DNA from: Octopus vulgaris
Taxonomy: Eukaryota
Direction of reading: 5' to 3'
Assembly (NCBI GenBank): GCA_951406725.2
Contig: OX597818.1
Span: 89,652,001-89,716,000, forward strand
Length of the DNA: 64,000 nucleotides
Shown here one piece after another: positions 36,321 to 49,445 of this stretch. A program made the position numbers and the translations under genes. The number at the start of each line of letters is the position of its first letter. Positions within the stretch are counted from its first letter, which is position 1. A model generated the notes under the pieces. It saw only the letters and a list, made by a program, of their open reading frames with translations. It did no database searches and was not told where the DNA came from.

Positions 36321-37641
36321 CCGCACCTCTCCTTTGCATTGTTCTGAAAAGTTTTTTTCGGATTCCTACGTTTTTTTATGTCAGAGATTACGAATATGCA
36401 AAAAAAAAAAAAAAAAAAAATTAACCCCCTCCCCCACTCCCATATAAAAGTTTGAACTTGTTCGAAAGTTTTTTTTCCCTGCTTTTTTTTATTATATGAT
36501 GAAGATTCCGAATATGCAATTGACCACGTTTTCAAAATTTTTAAATTCAAAAAGCATATAGATATGTGTGTAAATAGATAGATATGAATGTGACTTGACA
36601 AATATATTTTATAAATAAACGGACACGGAAAAAATGGATAGACGGATAAATAAATTAATGGATGAAAAAGTTCAAAACTTAAATTTGGGGGAGGGGGTGA
36701 AATTTGAGCCCCTTATATAAACTTTATAACATTAATTATTAAATATTGTTTCTCATATAATATGGTATATATATATATATATATATATAAGTTATTATTT
36801 ACGATTATTTCAGGCCAACACAAGTAAAACGCAAATTCTTTCCACTTTAATTTCGATTTGCATATGCTCGTCAATTCGCTACGATCTCTTTAAAAGTAAA
36901 GAAAATCAAAAATTATAATGAGGCTGGTGCAGTTCCGCACCTCTCCTTGAAAAATGCATTGTTTTTTTTTTTTCGGATTCCTACGTTTTTATGTCAGAGA
37001 TTACGAATATGCAAAAAAAAAAAAAAAAAAAAATTAACCCCCACCCCCACTCCCATATAAAAGTTTGAACTTGTTCGAAAGTTTTTTTCCCCCTTTTTTT
37101 AATTATATGATGGAGATTCCGAATATGCAATTGACCACGTTTTCAAAATTTTAAATTCAAAAAGCATATAGATATGTGTGTAAATAGATAGATATGAATG
37201 TGACTTGACAAATATATTTTATAAATAAACGGACACAGAAAAAATGGATAGACAGATAAATAAATTAATGGATGAAAAAGTTCAAAACTTAAATTTGGGG
37301 GAGGGGGTGAAATTTGAGCCCCTTATTAAACTTTATAACTTTAATTATTAAATATTGTTTCTCATAAAATTTACGTTAAATTATTATTTACGATTATTTC
37401 AGGCCAACACAAGTAAAACGCAAATTCTTTCCACTTTAATTTCGATTTGCATATGCTCGTCAATTCGCTACGATCTCTTTAAAAGTAAAAAAGATCAGAA
37501 ATTTTAAGGGGGGGGGGGAATGAAAAATTTTTTTTTTTTTTTGCATTTTCGTTATCTCCGACATCTAAAACGTAGGAATCCGAAAAAAATTTTTCACAAA
37601 ACAATGCATTTTTGAAGGTGAGGTGAGAAACTGCATAAACC

Positions 37642-37643
<2 letters not shown>
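36321..37643. mobile_element. Long-TIR MITE (~36920-37643) preceded by a ~600-bp tandem partial duplicate (36321-36915)
   Basis: 36321-36915 closely matches 36936-37505; ~130-bp arm GCAGTT..CACCT..AATGCATTG..TTCGGATTCCTACGTTTT..GCAAAAA is inverted at 37520-37640. Confidence 0.75.
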
Positions 37644-37683
<40 letters not shown>

Positions 37684-37748
37684 TATATAGAAGGAGCTTC
37701 TACAGGACTAGAACTGTTTCATTCAAGAGAAATCTTCAGGAAGCTCCT

Positions 37749-37801
37749 GAGCTTCCTGAAGATTTCTCTTGAATGAAACAGTTCTAGTCCTGTAGAAGCT
37801 C
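37749..37801 (+). ncRNA. Type I hammerhead ribozyme motif (Penelope-associated), with a mirror copy on the minus strand at 37694-37746
   Basis: GAGCTTC-CTGAAGA-TTTC.TCTT.GAAT-GAAA-CAG.TTCTAGTC.CTG-TA-GAAGCTC: 7-bp stem I, stem III and a GUA site; the base of stem II is a U-U mismatch. Confidence 0.7.
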
Positions 37802-38782
37802 CTTCTATATAATAAATTAATTTTACTCTGCTATGTATTGAGTACCTTATTTACTGTGGTTAACCCCGAATCAACCCGGGACCTACATATATATATATAT
37901 ATATTTCTTTACTGCCCACAAGGGGCTAAACATAGAGGGGGACAAACAAGGACAGACAAAGGGATTAAGTCGATTACATCGACCCCAGTGCGAAACTGGT
38001 ACTTAATTTATCGACCCCGAAAGGATGAAAGGTAAAGTCGACCTCGGCGGAATTTGAACTCAGAACATAAAGACAGACGAAATACCGCTAAGCATTTCGC
38101 CCGGCGCGCTATCGTTTCTGCCAGCTCGCTGCCGTATATATATGCATGTGTAGATGAATCTAGACCAAATTAGATGCGCATACGCGCGCGTGCTTACACA
38201 CACACACACACACACATACTCACACACACAGGTCGCTAGCTCGTTGAATTGAGTGAGCGAACTGATTTGAATTGGTAAAGTTAACAACTTAACAAACTGA
38301 CCCATTCGGAAAGGGATGGGGGACAAGAGACAAGTTATTCATTATTCTTATTTTTATTGATTTTGGAAGATGTATGTATGTATATATGTATGGTTAACGG
38401 AGTGTTATATGCAACAAAAAACAGGGTAATTAAAATGAAAAGATTAAAATGAAAAGATTAAAACATACAAACATAAATGGCGGTGCCCCAGCATGGCCAC
38501 AGCTCGTGAGCTGAAACTAGAATCAATCAATCAATACAAACATTTACTATCAAGTATGTTCTATATTCTCTTTTACTCTCTTTTACTTGTTTCAGTCATT
38601 TGACTGCGGCCATGCTGAAGCACCGCCTTTAGTCGAGCAAATCAACCCCGGGACTTATTCTTTGTAAGCCCAGTACTTATTCTATCGGTCTCTTCCGCCG
38701 AACCGCTAAGTGACGGGTACGTAAACACACAGGCATCGGTTGTCAAGCAATGCTTGGGGGACAAACAGACATACAAACACAT

Positions 38783-38829
<47 letters not shown>

Positions 38830-39440
38830 TACGACAGGCTTCTTTCAGTTTCCGTCTACCAAATCCACTCACAAGGCATTAATCGGCCCGGGGCTATAGC
38901 AGAAGACACTTGCCCAAGATGCCACGCAGTGGGACTGAACCCGGAACCATGTGGTTGGTAAGCAAGCTACTTACCACTCAGCCCCTCCTGTTGTTTTCCT
39001 TATATACATAGCGATACAGCGTGCATATGATCAAGATATTAATGAACTCATTCTGGTCACTCATTCTGGTCACCCTCTCACCTGCTGATGAAGGCGACAT
39101 ATGCTGAGATACCCTTCGGTCATGACACAGACCATGGGATTGCACCTAGAAAGTTACCCTCTCAGGCAAAAGTCCGGGCAAGGTTGTTTATGGAAGACCA
39201 GCAGTCGCCCATGCATACCGGGCTCCCCCATCCACGCCACCAGTGTTATCCAAGGGAAAGGCAGAGGCCGATACAGCTTGGCACCTGTGACGTCGCAACG
39301 CATTTCTACAGCTGAGTGAACTGGAGCAACATGAAATAAAGTGTCTTGCTCAAGAACACAACACACAGCCCGGTCCGGGATTCGAACTCACAACCTCATA
39401 ATCGTAAGCTCGACGCTCTAACCACTGAGCCATGCACCTT

Positions 39441-39499
<59 letters not shown>

Positions 39500-39639
39500 A
39501 TGACGGTCTTCTTCCACTCATAAGGCTTTGGTCGGCCCGCGGCTATAGTAGAAGACATTTGCCCAAGGTGCCACGCAGTGGGACTGAACCCGGGACCATG
39601 TGACTGGTAAGTAAGCTACTTTATTTCATGAAAATTCGC

Positions 39640-40075
39640 CATTAAGGCGTTACATAGAGGGGACATACAAGTACAGACAAACATATAGGGTGTAGTAGCT
39701 TAAATCGTTTTAGTATTTACAATATAATGTGTACACTATTTACTATATAAAGTTTACAAATTCAATATTACACAGTAGGGCAAGGAACCCAGCCATCTGG
39801 GTAGAACCTTTACTTCTTGATCCGGCCACACTTACCTGGTGCCAAATATACCCAGCTTGCAAGCTACAGACTTCCATCTTTTCACAAACATATCTCATGA
39901 CAGACACCTCTTCTCCAGCCTGATCTTACTACCGAGGTGGTAACTAAAAAAGTTAACCAACCCCTGGCCGGATACAAAGGTACCTGTCATTATACCTTTC
40001 GTACGCGTCTTCCATACTGTTTCTTTCAGTATGGCTACTACGCAGGAAAAACAAGCCTTACTTTCCCTGCTGAGG
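39640..40075 (-). mobile_element. Tx1-family LINE 3' fragment
   Basis: SREsKACFSCVVAILKETVWKTRTKGIMTGTFVSGQGLVNFFSYHL matches the ORF2 C-terminus; TTGTATGTCCCCTCTATGT tail. Confidence 0.8.
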
Positions 40076-40825
40076 ACCACACAGCCACTCCTATATATAT
40101 ATAATTTCCTAAACACATATCCACTTGAAATATGGTTGCATTTCCAAGGAAAGTAAAGAATATATATCTATCTGTCTATCTATATCAATGTTTTTTTTTA
40201 ATGTTCAATTAAAAGACTCCGCCGGTTGCGACGACGAGGGTCCCAGCTGATACGATCAACGGAACAGCTTGCTCGTGAAATTAACGTGCAAATGGCTGAG
40301 CATTCCACAGACACGTGTACCCTTAACGTAGTTCTCGGGGATAATCAGCGTGACACAGAGAGTGACAAGGCTGACCCTTTGAAATACAAGTACAACTCAT
40401 TTTTGCCAGCTGAGTGGACTGGAGCAACGTGAAATAAAGTGTCTTGCTCAAGGACACAACGCGTCGCCGGGAATCGAACTCACAACCTTACGATCATGAG
40501 CCGAATGCCCTAACCACTAAGCCACGCGCCCTCACTAATGTTCAATTATAATAAAAATGATTTTACATTAATCTGATGTACTTGTTTTTTTTTGTTTTTG
40601 TTTTTTTTTCTTTTGTAAAATACAAATTTGTTATTCATATACAAGAATTTTGTTGACAATGATCTCGAAGTTTCAACCAGCTAAGCCGTCGACCACTCCA
40701 TTTTTGCCAACTTGTGAACTGGAGGAACATGAAATGTAGTGGTTTGCTTATGAACAACGCATTGTCCGGTCTAGGAATTGAAACCATAGTCTCATGATCG
40801 TGAATGCAACACCCTAACCACTAAA

Positions 40826-40894
<69 letters not shown>

Positions 40895-41205
40895 AAATTA
40901 GTGTACATTTAAACACAAAAGAGGTAACCCTAACAGGACACCTATCATGCTAGAAGGAACAGTCAAAGTCCAAACCACGGTTAAGAGCAATTCAGAAGGG
41001 AATGGAAAATACAATGGTGTAGGAGTGGCTGTGTGGTAAGTAGCTTGCTTACCAACCACATAGTTCCGGGTTCAGTCCCACTGCGTGGCACCTTAGGCAA
41101 GTGTCTTCTACTAAAGCCTCGGGCCGACCAAAGCCTTGTGAGTGAATTTGGTAAACGGAAACAGAAAGAAGGCCGTCGTGTATACATACATACATACATA
41201 CACAT

Positions 41206-41249
<44 letters not shown>

Positions 41250-41278
41250 TACATATATATATATATATATATATATGT

Positions 41279-41800
41279 AGTTAATCCAAACATGAAAACA
41301 CAAAGAGAAAACACAACAACGTGAGGACGTGGAACAAGTATAGTGTTATTGAACGCTCAGGAAAGGAAAGAAAGAAGGAGGATTTAACGTTTCGAGCGGA
41401 GCTCTTCGTCAGAAATATAGGGAAAGGAAAGATCCAAGGAAGGGAAGATGGAGGAAAAAAATCGTCAACGATACACACGCGGTTTTGTATTGTTTTTACT
41501 GTCTTGTTTTGTTCTTACTGTCCTGTTCTTGTTACCACTTTTACCCCTTCACAAAAAAATCCCAAAGTTTATTTAATTTGCTTTGCGGGAAGGACTGTTT
41601 TAACGAAGTCGCGTCTTGTCCTTACCTTCAAAACGCGGAGTAGACGAAACAAGGACAACTGAAGAAGGGGAATATTCCTTGTGTTGTATGTCTTGTACTC
41701 TGTTTTTTCGTTGCTTGAAAAAAAGTTCGTCTCCATGTTTTTGTTTTTATGTTTTCGTTTCTCATTGTGTTCAACGTTTTTTTTTTATGTCCTGTACTCA
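41279..41800 (-). mobile_element. Penelope-like terminal repeat inserted in (TA)n
   Basis: Contains a minimal hammerhead; the same terminal sequence occurs at 29430-29525 and 35982-36085. Confidence 0.6.
41382..41416 (-). ncRNA. Minimal hammerhead ribozyme motif (Penelope type)
   Basis: Minus strand ATTT-CTGACGA-AGAGC.TCC.GCTC-GAAA-CG-TT-AAAT, with palindromic AACGTT in place of stem III. Confidence 0.7.
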
Positions 41801-42084
41801 TATATGCATGTATATATACATATAGATGTAGGTACGTACATATATGTATGTATAGATGCATATATATATTATATTATATGTGTATATATATATTATATAT
41901 ATGTATGTGTGTGTGTGTCCCCTCTCCCCATCACCGCTTGACAACCGGTGTTCATATGTTTACGCCCCGTAACTTAACGGTTCGGCAAAAGAAGCCGGTA
42001 GAGTAAGACCTAGGTTTTTAAAAACCTGGGGTCGATTTGTTTCAGTCGTGTGACTGAAACAAGTGAAATAATAAAAAGAAAGGA

Positions 42085-42116
<32 letters not shown>

Positions 42117-42504
42117 CTGTATGTGTGTATATGACTGTATCGATCAGACTATCGGACGATTTTTATACACAACTGGTCGCAATGCGCTTCCTTGCATTAT
42201 TGTAGTTTTCGAATGATGTCACCTCGCTAAGATAGGCAGGCAGGCCGACATTCCCCGTTAAACGGAACGACAATCTGTGTGGTTTAGAGCTGAAGAACAT
42301 AGCGCACTGTCAACCTGGGAATCGAAACTGCGATCTCGCGATCGTGGGTGCAACAGCCTAATTAGGTCACGCGCCTATACGCTCATACACGCGCGCCTTA
42401 ATCACCTGCTAAGTCTTGCGGAAAGTACAGTGCACAAGACCTTTTTCAAACACCATTACCGACACGTTAAAGTTAATGTTTCGTTTAAACTGAAGTCAGC
42501 TTCT

Positions 42505-42906
42505 TATTTCTTTATTGCCCAGAAGGGGCTAAACACAGAGGGGACAAACAAGGACAGACAAAGGGATTAAGTCGATTACATCAACCCTAGTGCGTAACTG
42601 GTATTTTATTTATCGACTCCGAAAGGATGAAAGGCAAAGTCGACCTCGGCGGAATTTGAACTCAGAACGTAACGGCAGACGAAATACCTATTTCTTTACT
42701 ACCCACAGAGGGGTCAAACAAGGACAGAAAACCAATTAAGTCGATTACATCGACCCTAGTGCGTAACTGGTACTTTATTTATTGACCCCGAAAGAATGAA
42801 AGTCAAAGTCGACCTCGGTGGAATTTGAACTCAGAACGTAGCGGCAGACGAAATACCGCGAATCGTTTCGCCCGGCGTGTTAACGATTCTGCCAGCTCGC
42901 CGCCTT
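42505..42906 (-). mobile_element. SINE family B head-to-tail dimer with a single 14-bp TSD
   Basis: TSD TGAAGTCAGCTTCT at 42491 and ~42907; internal junction GAAATA|GGTATTTCG. Confidence 0.85.
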
Positions 42907-42920
42907 GAAGTCAGCTTCTG

Positions 42921-43200
42921 TCGGACAGACATGAGCAAGGAAGAGATTCCGGAGAGACGATGTCCTGGGGAGAAAAGATTTGGTAGAGTGAGTAGTTGGT
43001 GTCGGGCGAAGATAGTTGGGGGTAGCAAGCCTGACGAGAGGTGGAAAGACGAATGGGACTGGGGAACTCAAGTTGTGGAGCCAACTTTGTGGGACAGGAG
43101 GAATTATAGAAGCGACAGAGGAGACGGCACCCCTGTTGAGAAGAAAGGTAGCTGGAGCGTGTCTGTGAGTGATTTGATTACAATCAGGGGTTCTGAACCA
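42921..43200 (-). mobile_element. Decayed CR1/L2-group LINE RT C-terminal fragment, split by the SINE dimer
   Basis: RGAVSS...HSTKSFLPRTSSLRNL...CPT, continuing QFKRNIN past the SINE; resembles the SFFPRTxxLWNxLP...FKxxIN ending. Confidence 0.5.
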
Positions 43201-43846
43201 TTTTTTAACCTTTCAGTATGCTGTATTTATTTACTGACACTCCACTGGTAAAAATGAGTAGTACCTGTATTTTGAAGGGCCACCCTTGTCACACTCTGTG
43301 TCACGTTGAATCTCTCTGAGAACTACGTTAAGGATACGCATGTCTGTGGAGTTCTCAGCCACTTGCAAGTAAATTTTACGAGCAGGCTGTTCTTTTGATC
43401 GGATCAACTGGGACCCTCGTCGTCGTAACCGACGGAGTGCCAGTCGGTATGTTGTAACTTTTTGTCAGTATATAAATACTAAAGGGTCCAGTGCATTGAT
43501 TTTCTCGAGGTCCTCTTAGGTCTAGGACTCCACTTTCTGCTTTATATATGCTGTGGTTTGATGTCAATAGAGAAATATAGGGCCCACAGGATTTTCCCGG
43601 GGACTTATAATGTTGTTGAAATGGCCTTTGCAACCCCGGACAATTCACACTCTAGCTACTCCTCGGCCTAATCCATGTCTACACACGGAGTATGTCGTTG
43701 TTCAGTTTTATTTCAAGATTTCTTGCCAGTAGAGGAAGAGCCGGTTTCTAACCCAGATCCAAGGCTCCTTCATTGGAATTAACCACAGTCACAGTCATGC
43801 TGTGCTTACATACATAAATTCACACACACACACACACAGACACACA

Positions 43847-43885
<39 letters not shown>

Positions 43886-44438
43886 TGACACACACACACA
43901 TTGACACACACACACACACACTGACACTGATACACACACACACACACACACGTACATATAAACATTGTTGTTATATATAAAAACAATTTTATATAAAACT
44001 AAAGGATTTACTAAATACGTTTTTGTTGAGCAAATGCTTACTATATTTTTACATTATAATGGTGACAGTGACTTCGAAATTTCGGCCTGCTAGCCTTCAT
44101 CAGATTATCCAATGAAAACCAGCTGGCCGAAACATACGCGCGCGCGCACACTCACATATGAAGGGTTTATCAATTTCCCTTATTTATGTAGGATAAAATG
44201 ATATACAAAAGATTCATTGCTCATTCTTCTATTGGGCATACAAAAGTTATATTAGCAGGATTAATTGGGGCGGGATTATTATAGGTCGAGAAAAGACTGT
44301 ATTAATGATGGTTTGTCATGGGTTATGTTCATGGGGGTTATATATATATATGTAACATATGGTATAATTATAAACTGGGCAAATTTTAGCCATTCCTCCA
44401 CACACTGAAAAAAAAATGATTTTATATATATATATATA

Positions 44439-45700
44439 CTGGCTGTTGTAGCCGGCATTGCTCGTGTTTTCCGTGTTGAAGTTAAGCCCACCTCTGACCT
44501 TGTATTGAAATCTTCTACGTTTCCTGTGCCAACTATTACCCATTAAGATGTTATATCTGGTTCGGCAGGGATTTTACCCGGTTAACGCTTTCGACGTACT
44601 CCTACATACTGGACCGTCTGAAATCGCAGTCAGACTTTTGGGTGCATCTCGATCCGTTGAGAGGGATGTTTGTTTATTTCTCTCCCCTTAATGCCACCCT
44701 CTGTATAAAATTGATCAGCATGCCCAATCTCAGCAAAACCCGAAGAAAGGTGTTAAGGTTATGTCATAAAATAGAATCCATGTGACCATTTACATGAAAA
44801 TATCCCATTCACTTTTAAATCCCAATACATTATATGAATAATCGATATTTCATATGTCGGAAGTGCTAATTTTACTCATGGGTCAATTTTCTTCAAAATC
44901 AGTTAATTATTTTATTGTGAGTGAATTTTGACGATTTCTGTCTTTCACCAGTTTAATTTTAATTCTATTTCCTGACTCCGACCATAAACTTTACCTAAAT
45001 ATCAAATTTCACCAAAATCGGATGAATTCTGTAAAAGTTACAGCATAAAATATTAATCCTACGGGTAATTGCATACAGAAGCCTAATGATTCCTTAAAAT
45101 CCCCCGGTTACGCGCAGTTATCAATTTCTTTTCCTGCTGGCATTAACTAATGTACATGAACTGTAATCACGTGCAAAATTTCTACAAAATCGATAAGAAT
45201 GTCTCTAAGAAAATGCTTATTTGCCTTCGTACCCTTTCAAACCCTTTTAAATTAAATAAATAACTTTACCGTCTTCCTCACCACGAAATTTACCTATATC
45301 TCAAATTTCATTAAAATCGGATAAAAAATATAAAAATTACGGCCAAAAATAAAATACCTATGGGTATTTGCACGCAAAAAGCCTATTGATTTTATAAAAC
45401 GACTGCTCAGGCGCAGTTATCGATTTTTTGTCAACGCCATATACTGACATCAACTTACTGCTATGAGCTTACTGCCGGAAAAATATCATCGTTATGGGAA
45501 TTTCAATTCAAACGTCCGATTGAGCTAAAAAAAATCGATGCCAACTGAGCATTATTGAGTTTTCAAAAAATTCCGGCCTTATTTGGACTTCAGGGCATGT
45601 GAACTACCTATGTGCCAAAATTCATTAAAATCAGTTGGACGGTGTAGGGGGAGTTAGATTAATCCCAAACACACACATAGACAGACACCAATACACATTT
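44439..45700 (-). mobile_element. Non-autonomous Helitron-like element with internal ~300-bp subrepeats
   Basis: CTGG...GCCGGCATTGCTCG terminus like 26175; repeated CAAATTTCA..AAAATCGGAT blocks; CAGA/CA repeat near the other end. Confidence 0.6.
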
Positions 45701-45715
45701 ATGTATGTATGTATG

Positions 45716-45754
<39 letters not shown>

Positions 45755-46189
45755 CATCATGTGTGTGTGTGTATTCACGAGAAGTTTTCATTATAACTTT
45801 ACTGAAAGTTTTATTCACTTGTTACGCCCCATTCTGAAGTAACCCCTGTCATCTTTATCCTACACGGAGGGGCTTGCATTCCATCTTGAGAAACATTGGT
45901 CTCTCCCTCAAGTCGATGTTGACATACTGTGTCTCTTTGCTGACATCTAAATACTATGTTTGAGTATAGAGTGGCTACCTACCCTCTGTATTTGTTTCTA
46001 TCTAATCCCTGAAGGATTTGGGGTAGAGATTCGGGTAGCGGTTCCCCACCCCACCCACGCCGGACGACTTTTGAGTCTCCTCCATAAGCTCGAGTAGGGT
46101 GGTTGATCGGGACGAAGCAGAACGGGTTACGGCAAATTCAATGACTAAGGCATAAGCATACTGCACAGTTACCTGGGACCCAGTTTTGA

Positions 46190-46930
46190 TCTGTGTATGT
46201 TGTGGCTTGTTATCAGTAAATAAATACTACAGGGCCCCCGTGCATTGATCTTCCTGGGGGCCTCTTAAGTCTAGGGACCCAATTCTGCTCTGTGTATGCT
46301 ATGGTTTATTGTCAATAAATAAATAAGATAGGACTCCGTGCATTGATCTGCCAGGGGGCCTCTTAGGTCTAAGGGCCCAATTTTGCTCTAGGTATACTGT
46401 GGCCTGCTGTCAGTAAATAAATATTATAGGACCCCGTGCATTGAGCTGTTAGGGGGCCTTTTAGGTCTAGGAACCCAATTCTGCTCTATGTATGCTGTAA
46501 CCTGCTGCCAGTAAATAAATGCTATGGAGCCCCGTCCATTGATCTGCCTCGGAGCCTCTTAGATCTAAAGGCATCCAGTTCTGCTCTAGGTATGCTGTGG
46601 CCTGTTATCAGTAAATAAATCCTATAGGGCCACGTGCATTGAGCTGCCAGGGGGTATCTTAGGTCTAAGAACCCAATTCTGCTCTAGGTATGCTGTAACC
46701 TGCTGCCAGTAAATAAATGCTATGGAGCCCCGTCCATTGATCTGCCTCGGAGCCTCTTAGATCTAAAGGCATCCAGTTCTGCTCTAGGTATGCTGTGGCC
46801 TGTTATCAGTAAATAAATCCTATAGGGCCACGTGCATTGAGCTGCCAGGGGGTATCTTAGGTCTAAGAACCCAATTCTGCTCTAGGTATGCTGTGGCCTG
46901 CTGTTAGTAAATAAATACTATAGGGCCCAG
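46190..46930. repeat. ~98-100-bp minisatellite, ~7.5 units, with a recent 198-bp dimer duplication
   Basis: GTAAATAAAT recurs at ~46217, 46312, 46413, 46511, 46611, 46709, 46809, 46907. Confidence 0.9.
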
Positions 46931-47151
46931 TGTTTTTATTTTCCCGAGGATCTATAAAGCTGCTGAAATGGCCTTGGCTACCATGGACGGTACATACTCT
47001 AGCTAAGCCTCTGCCTAAACCACGTCTACACACGAAGTCCTTCAGTTCCTCCACTTAGTCACTACACATTGTATCTATCTGGTCAATAAATATTTACACG
47101 CTAAGTCACTTTATACAATGTACATCATCTACGCACCGGATCTGTCTATGC

Positions 47152-47400
47152 CAGCCGTTCCCAACCATTTTTTGCCTATGGACCCTTTTGATTCCTATTT
47201 TACTCTACCAGGCCCCTATGTTTTTTTTTAAAAATTCCATCATATTTCTATGATTAAATATTATTATGAATTGTATAGAAAACATTGTTAAACTATTTTG
47301 TTTTGTAAGAAGTATAACTGATTTTATTGCACAAAAACTTTAAATAGAAACTTTTATGTGGACCTCCAGAGGTCACATGGACTCTAGTTGAGAATCACTG
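47152..47400. mobile_element. hAT (Charlie-like) MITE
   Basis: CAGCCGTTCCCAAC / GTTGAGAATCACTG termini; TSD decayed. Confidence 0.65.
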
Positions 47401-47736
47401 ATTTATACCATAACAAAAACACAAGAGAATGATTGCTGCTTTAGATTCGGTTTGATTCCTAGCTGTACCGTTTCACTCAAACCCCCGTTAATGTCTCCCT
47501 TTCATTTTACTCATAACCTCCTTAAAATGTAAGATCTCATTTTTACGTAAAAAAACCCCCAAATATATAAACAAAAAAAAAACATAACGTAAGTGAAGAT
47601 TCTTAAACGATTTCAATCTCTAGTTGAATTTAATTTACATTTTTTATCTTTTACTTGTTTCACTCATTGGACTGCAATCATGCTTGGGAACTATCTTGAA
47701 GAGCTTTAGTCCAACAGATCAAGCCCAGTATTAGGG

Positions 47737-49445
47737 CTACCTGCTGTCGTCTCTTCTGTGCGTATTGACACTCGAGCCACTGCTGCAGAAACTGGAACAG
47801 CTAAGGGGCATCCCTTTCCAACTGGGACAAGGAAGGGTAGTGTCGACATACGCGGACGACGTCACTGTCATGGTGTCGGACGCCTCCGAAGTGGAAACGG
47901 TCGGAACCATCCTAAAGGAATATGAGTCCGTTGCAGGTGCTAAAATCAACGCCGACAAATCGGTGGGTTTGCGGTTGGGCTCCTGGAGACGGTGTCGTCG
48001 CACGCTGCACCGACGGGCCAGTTAAATTGTTCGGGGTCTGGTTTGGTCTCGACCTCCAGGTTGATAAAAAAATGGGCAGAAATGGGCTGAGAGGAAGTTG
48101 TCCTTGAAAGGTCGGGCGGAGATGGCGAATGCTTACATCTCCGTATTTCATTTATCGCCTGACCGCCGTGCCTTGTCCCGGTTACTGATTGAACAGGTTG
48201 GAATGTCTCTTGTTTAAATTCTTATGGAGAGGATGCGCTCCAATTATCAGGTGGTCAGCCTGTTGCCAGTATCCTCTGAGTGGCGGATTAGGTATGCCGT
48301 CACTCCTAATGCGCAGATACGTTCTTAGGTTATTCCACCTGCAACGATTTCTGGACGGAGAGCGTGTGTGGGCTCCGTCTGAGAGGCTCGTCTTTTCGCT
48401 GCTCGTCTCCTTGACGGAGTTGAGTGAAGATAAAAACCGAGACTGGGCGCCTGGCACCTAGAATGTTATCAGGTGCTCACATCTCTCTAGCAGTAGGGCG
48501 GTGGGATCGGTGGATGTTCTGCTTTAGAAATGTATAGAGCATTAGTTGCGGGGAAGTGCAACGACGCTCTCGGGGAGACTCTGGGCGTCGACAAGAACGA
48601 ACTGGCTAGTCTGTTCCGGTCAAGAACTATCATGAATAATTTCCAGATATCCTTGGCCTAGCAGTGCTACCGGCGGGCGCTACCGGTTCAAAATACACTC
48701 TACTGGCACGGATGTGCTGTCAGACGGGCTTGTCCGAGGTGTACGCAGTGACGAAACCATTCTGCACGTCCTCGTTCAGTGTCCAGGCATTGCTGACTTG
48801 TGGGGTTATGTCGAACAGCTGCTGTCACGTGTGGGGCGTTTCCGACTGTCGCCCGAATCTGTAGTGATGATCGCACCGCTGCCCTCCTCAATCAGGCAGG
48901 CAAGGCAGTTTTCCTTTGCCTGGTTGCAGTGGCGAAAGAGGCTGTTTGGTGGACAAGGCTGAAAGGCATGAGGACAGATACATTCCTATTTGGTATAGCT
49001 CTCATTGACGTCTTCAAGTTTCACTTAAAAGTTTCACTTAAAAGTTTCACTTAAAAAGGAAATAGAGAGTGGAGAGGAAAGTGCTGTCTTCGAGTGAGTT
49101 TACTGAAAGATGGTGAAAGTTGCTAAAATGGCAAGAATCAATGGTACCTCTCTAAGTGTTGACCTGTGAAGTCGGAGAGAAGGAATTGGAGAGGCCACTT
49201 GTTCCTGGGGTTTCAGAGAAATCTCAGACAGTGGCCTTCCCTAGAGGCCTTCCTGTACCAGGAGGGCCACATTTCTATCATTCTCCTGTCATTTAAAAAA
49301 AAAAATAACCCTTCTCTTTCAGTGTATACCGTGTATACTTAATTTCTTTCTTTCTTTTTTTTTAATCCTTTCATTATATGTAAACCCCCACACTTTGAAT
49401 GTCTGTCTGTGTGTTGTCTCCTCATCATTCGCCCTTGTGGCAAAG
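47737..49445 (+). mobile_element. Decayed 5'-truncated Tx1-family LINE
   Basis: LEPLLQKL...YADD...GAKINADKSVGLRLGSW, GGLGMPSLLMRR, ETILHVLVQCP; several frameshifts; 3' end GCCCTTGTGGCAAAG. Confidence 0.9.

Noticed and set aside
46190-46930. CRISPR-like array or 33-aa repeat protein (ankyrin/TPR)
   Set aside because: Whole units are homologous with no unique spacers; unit length of 98-100 bp breaks the frame; no repeat-protein consensus; eukaryotic context
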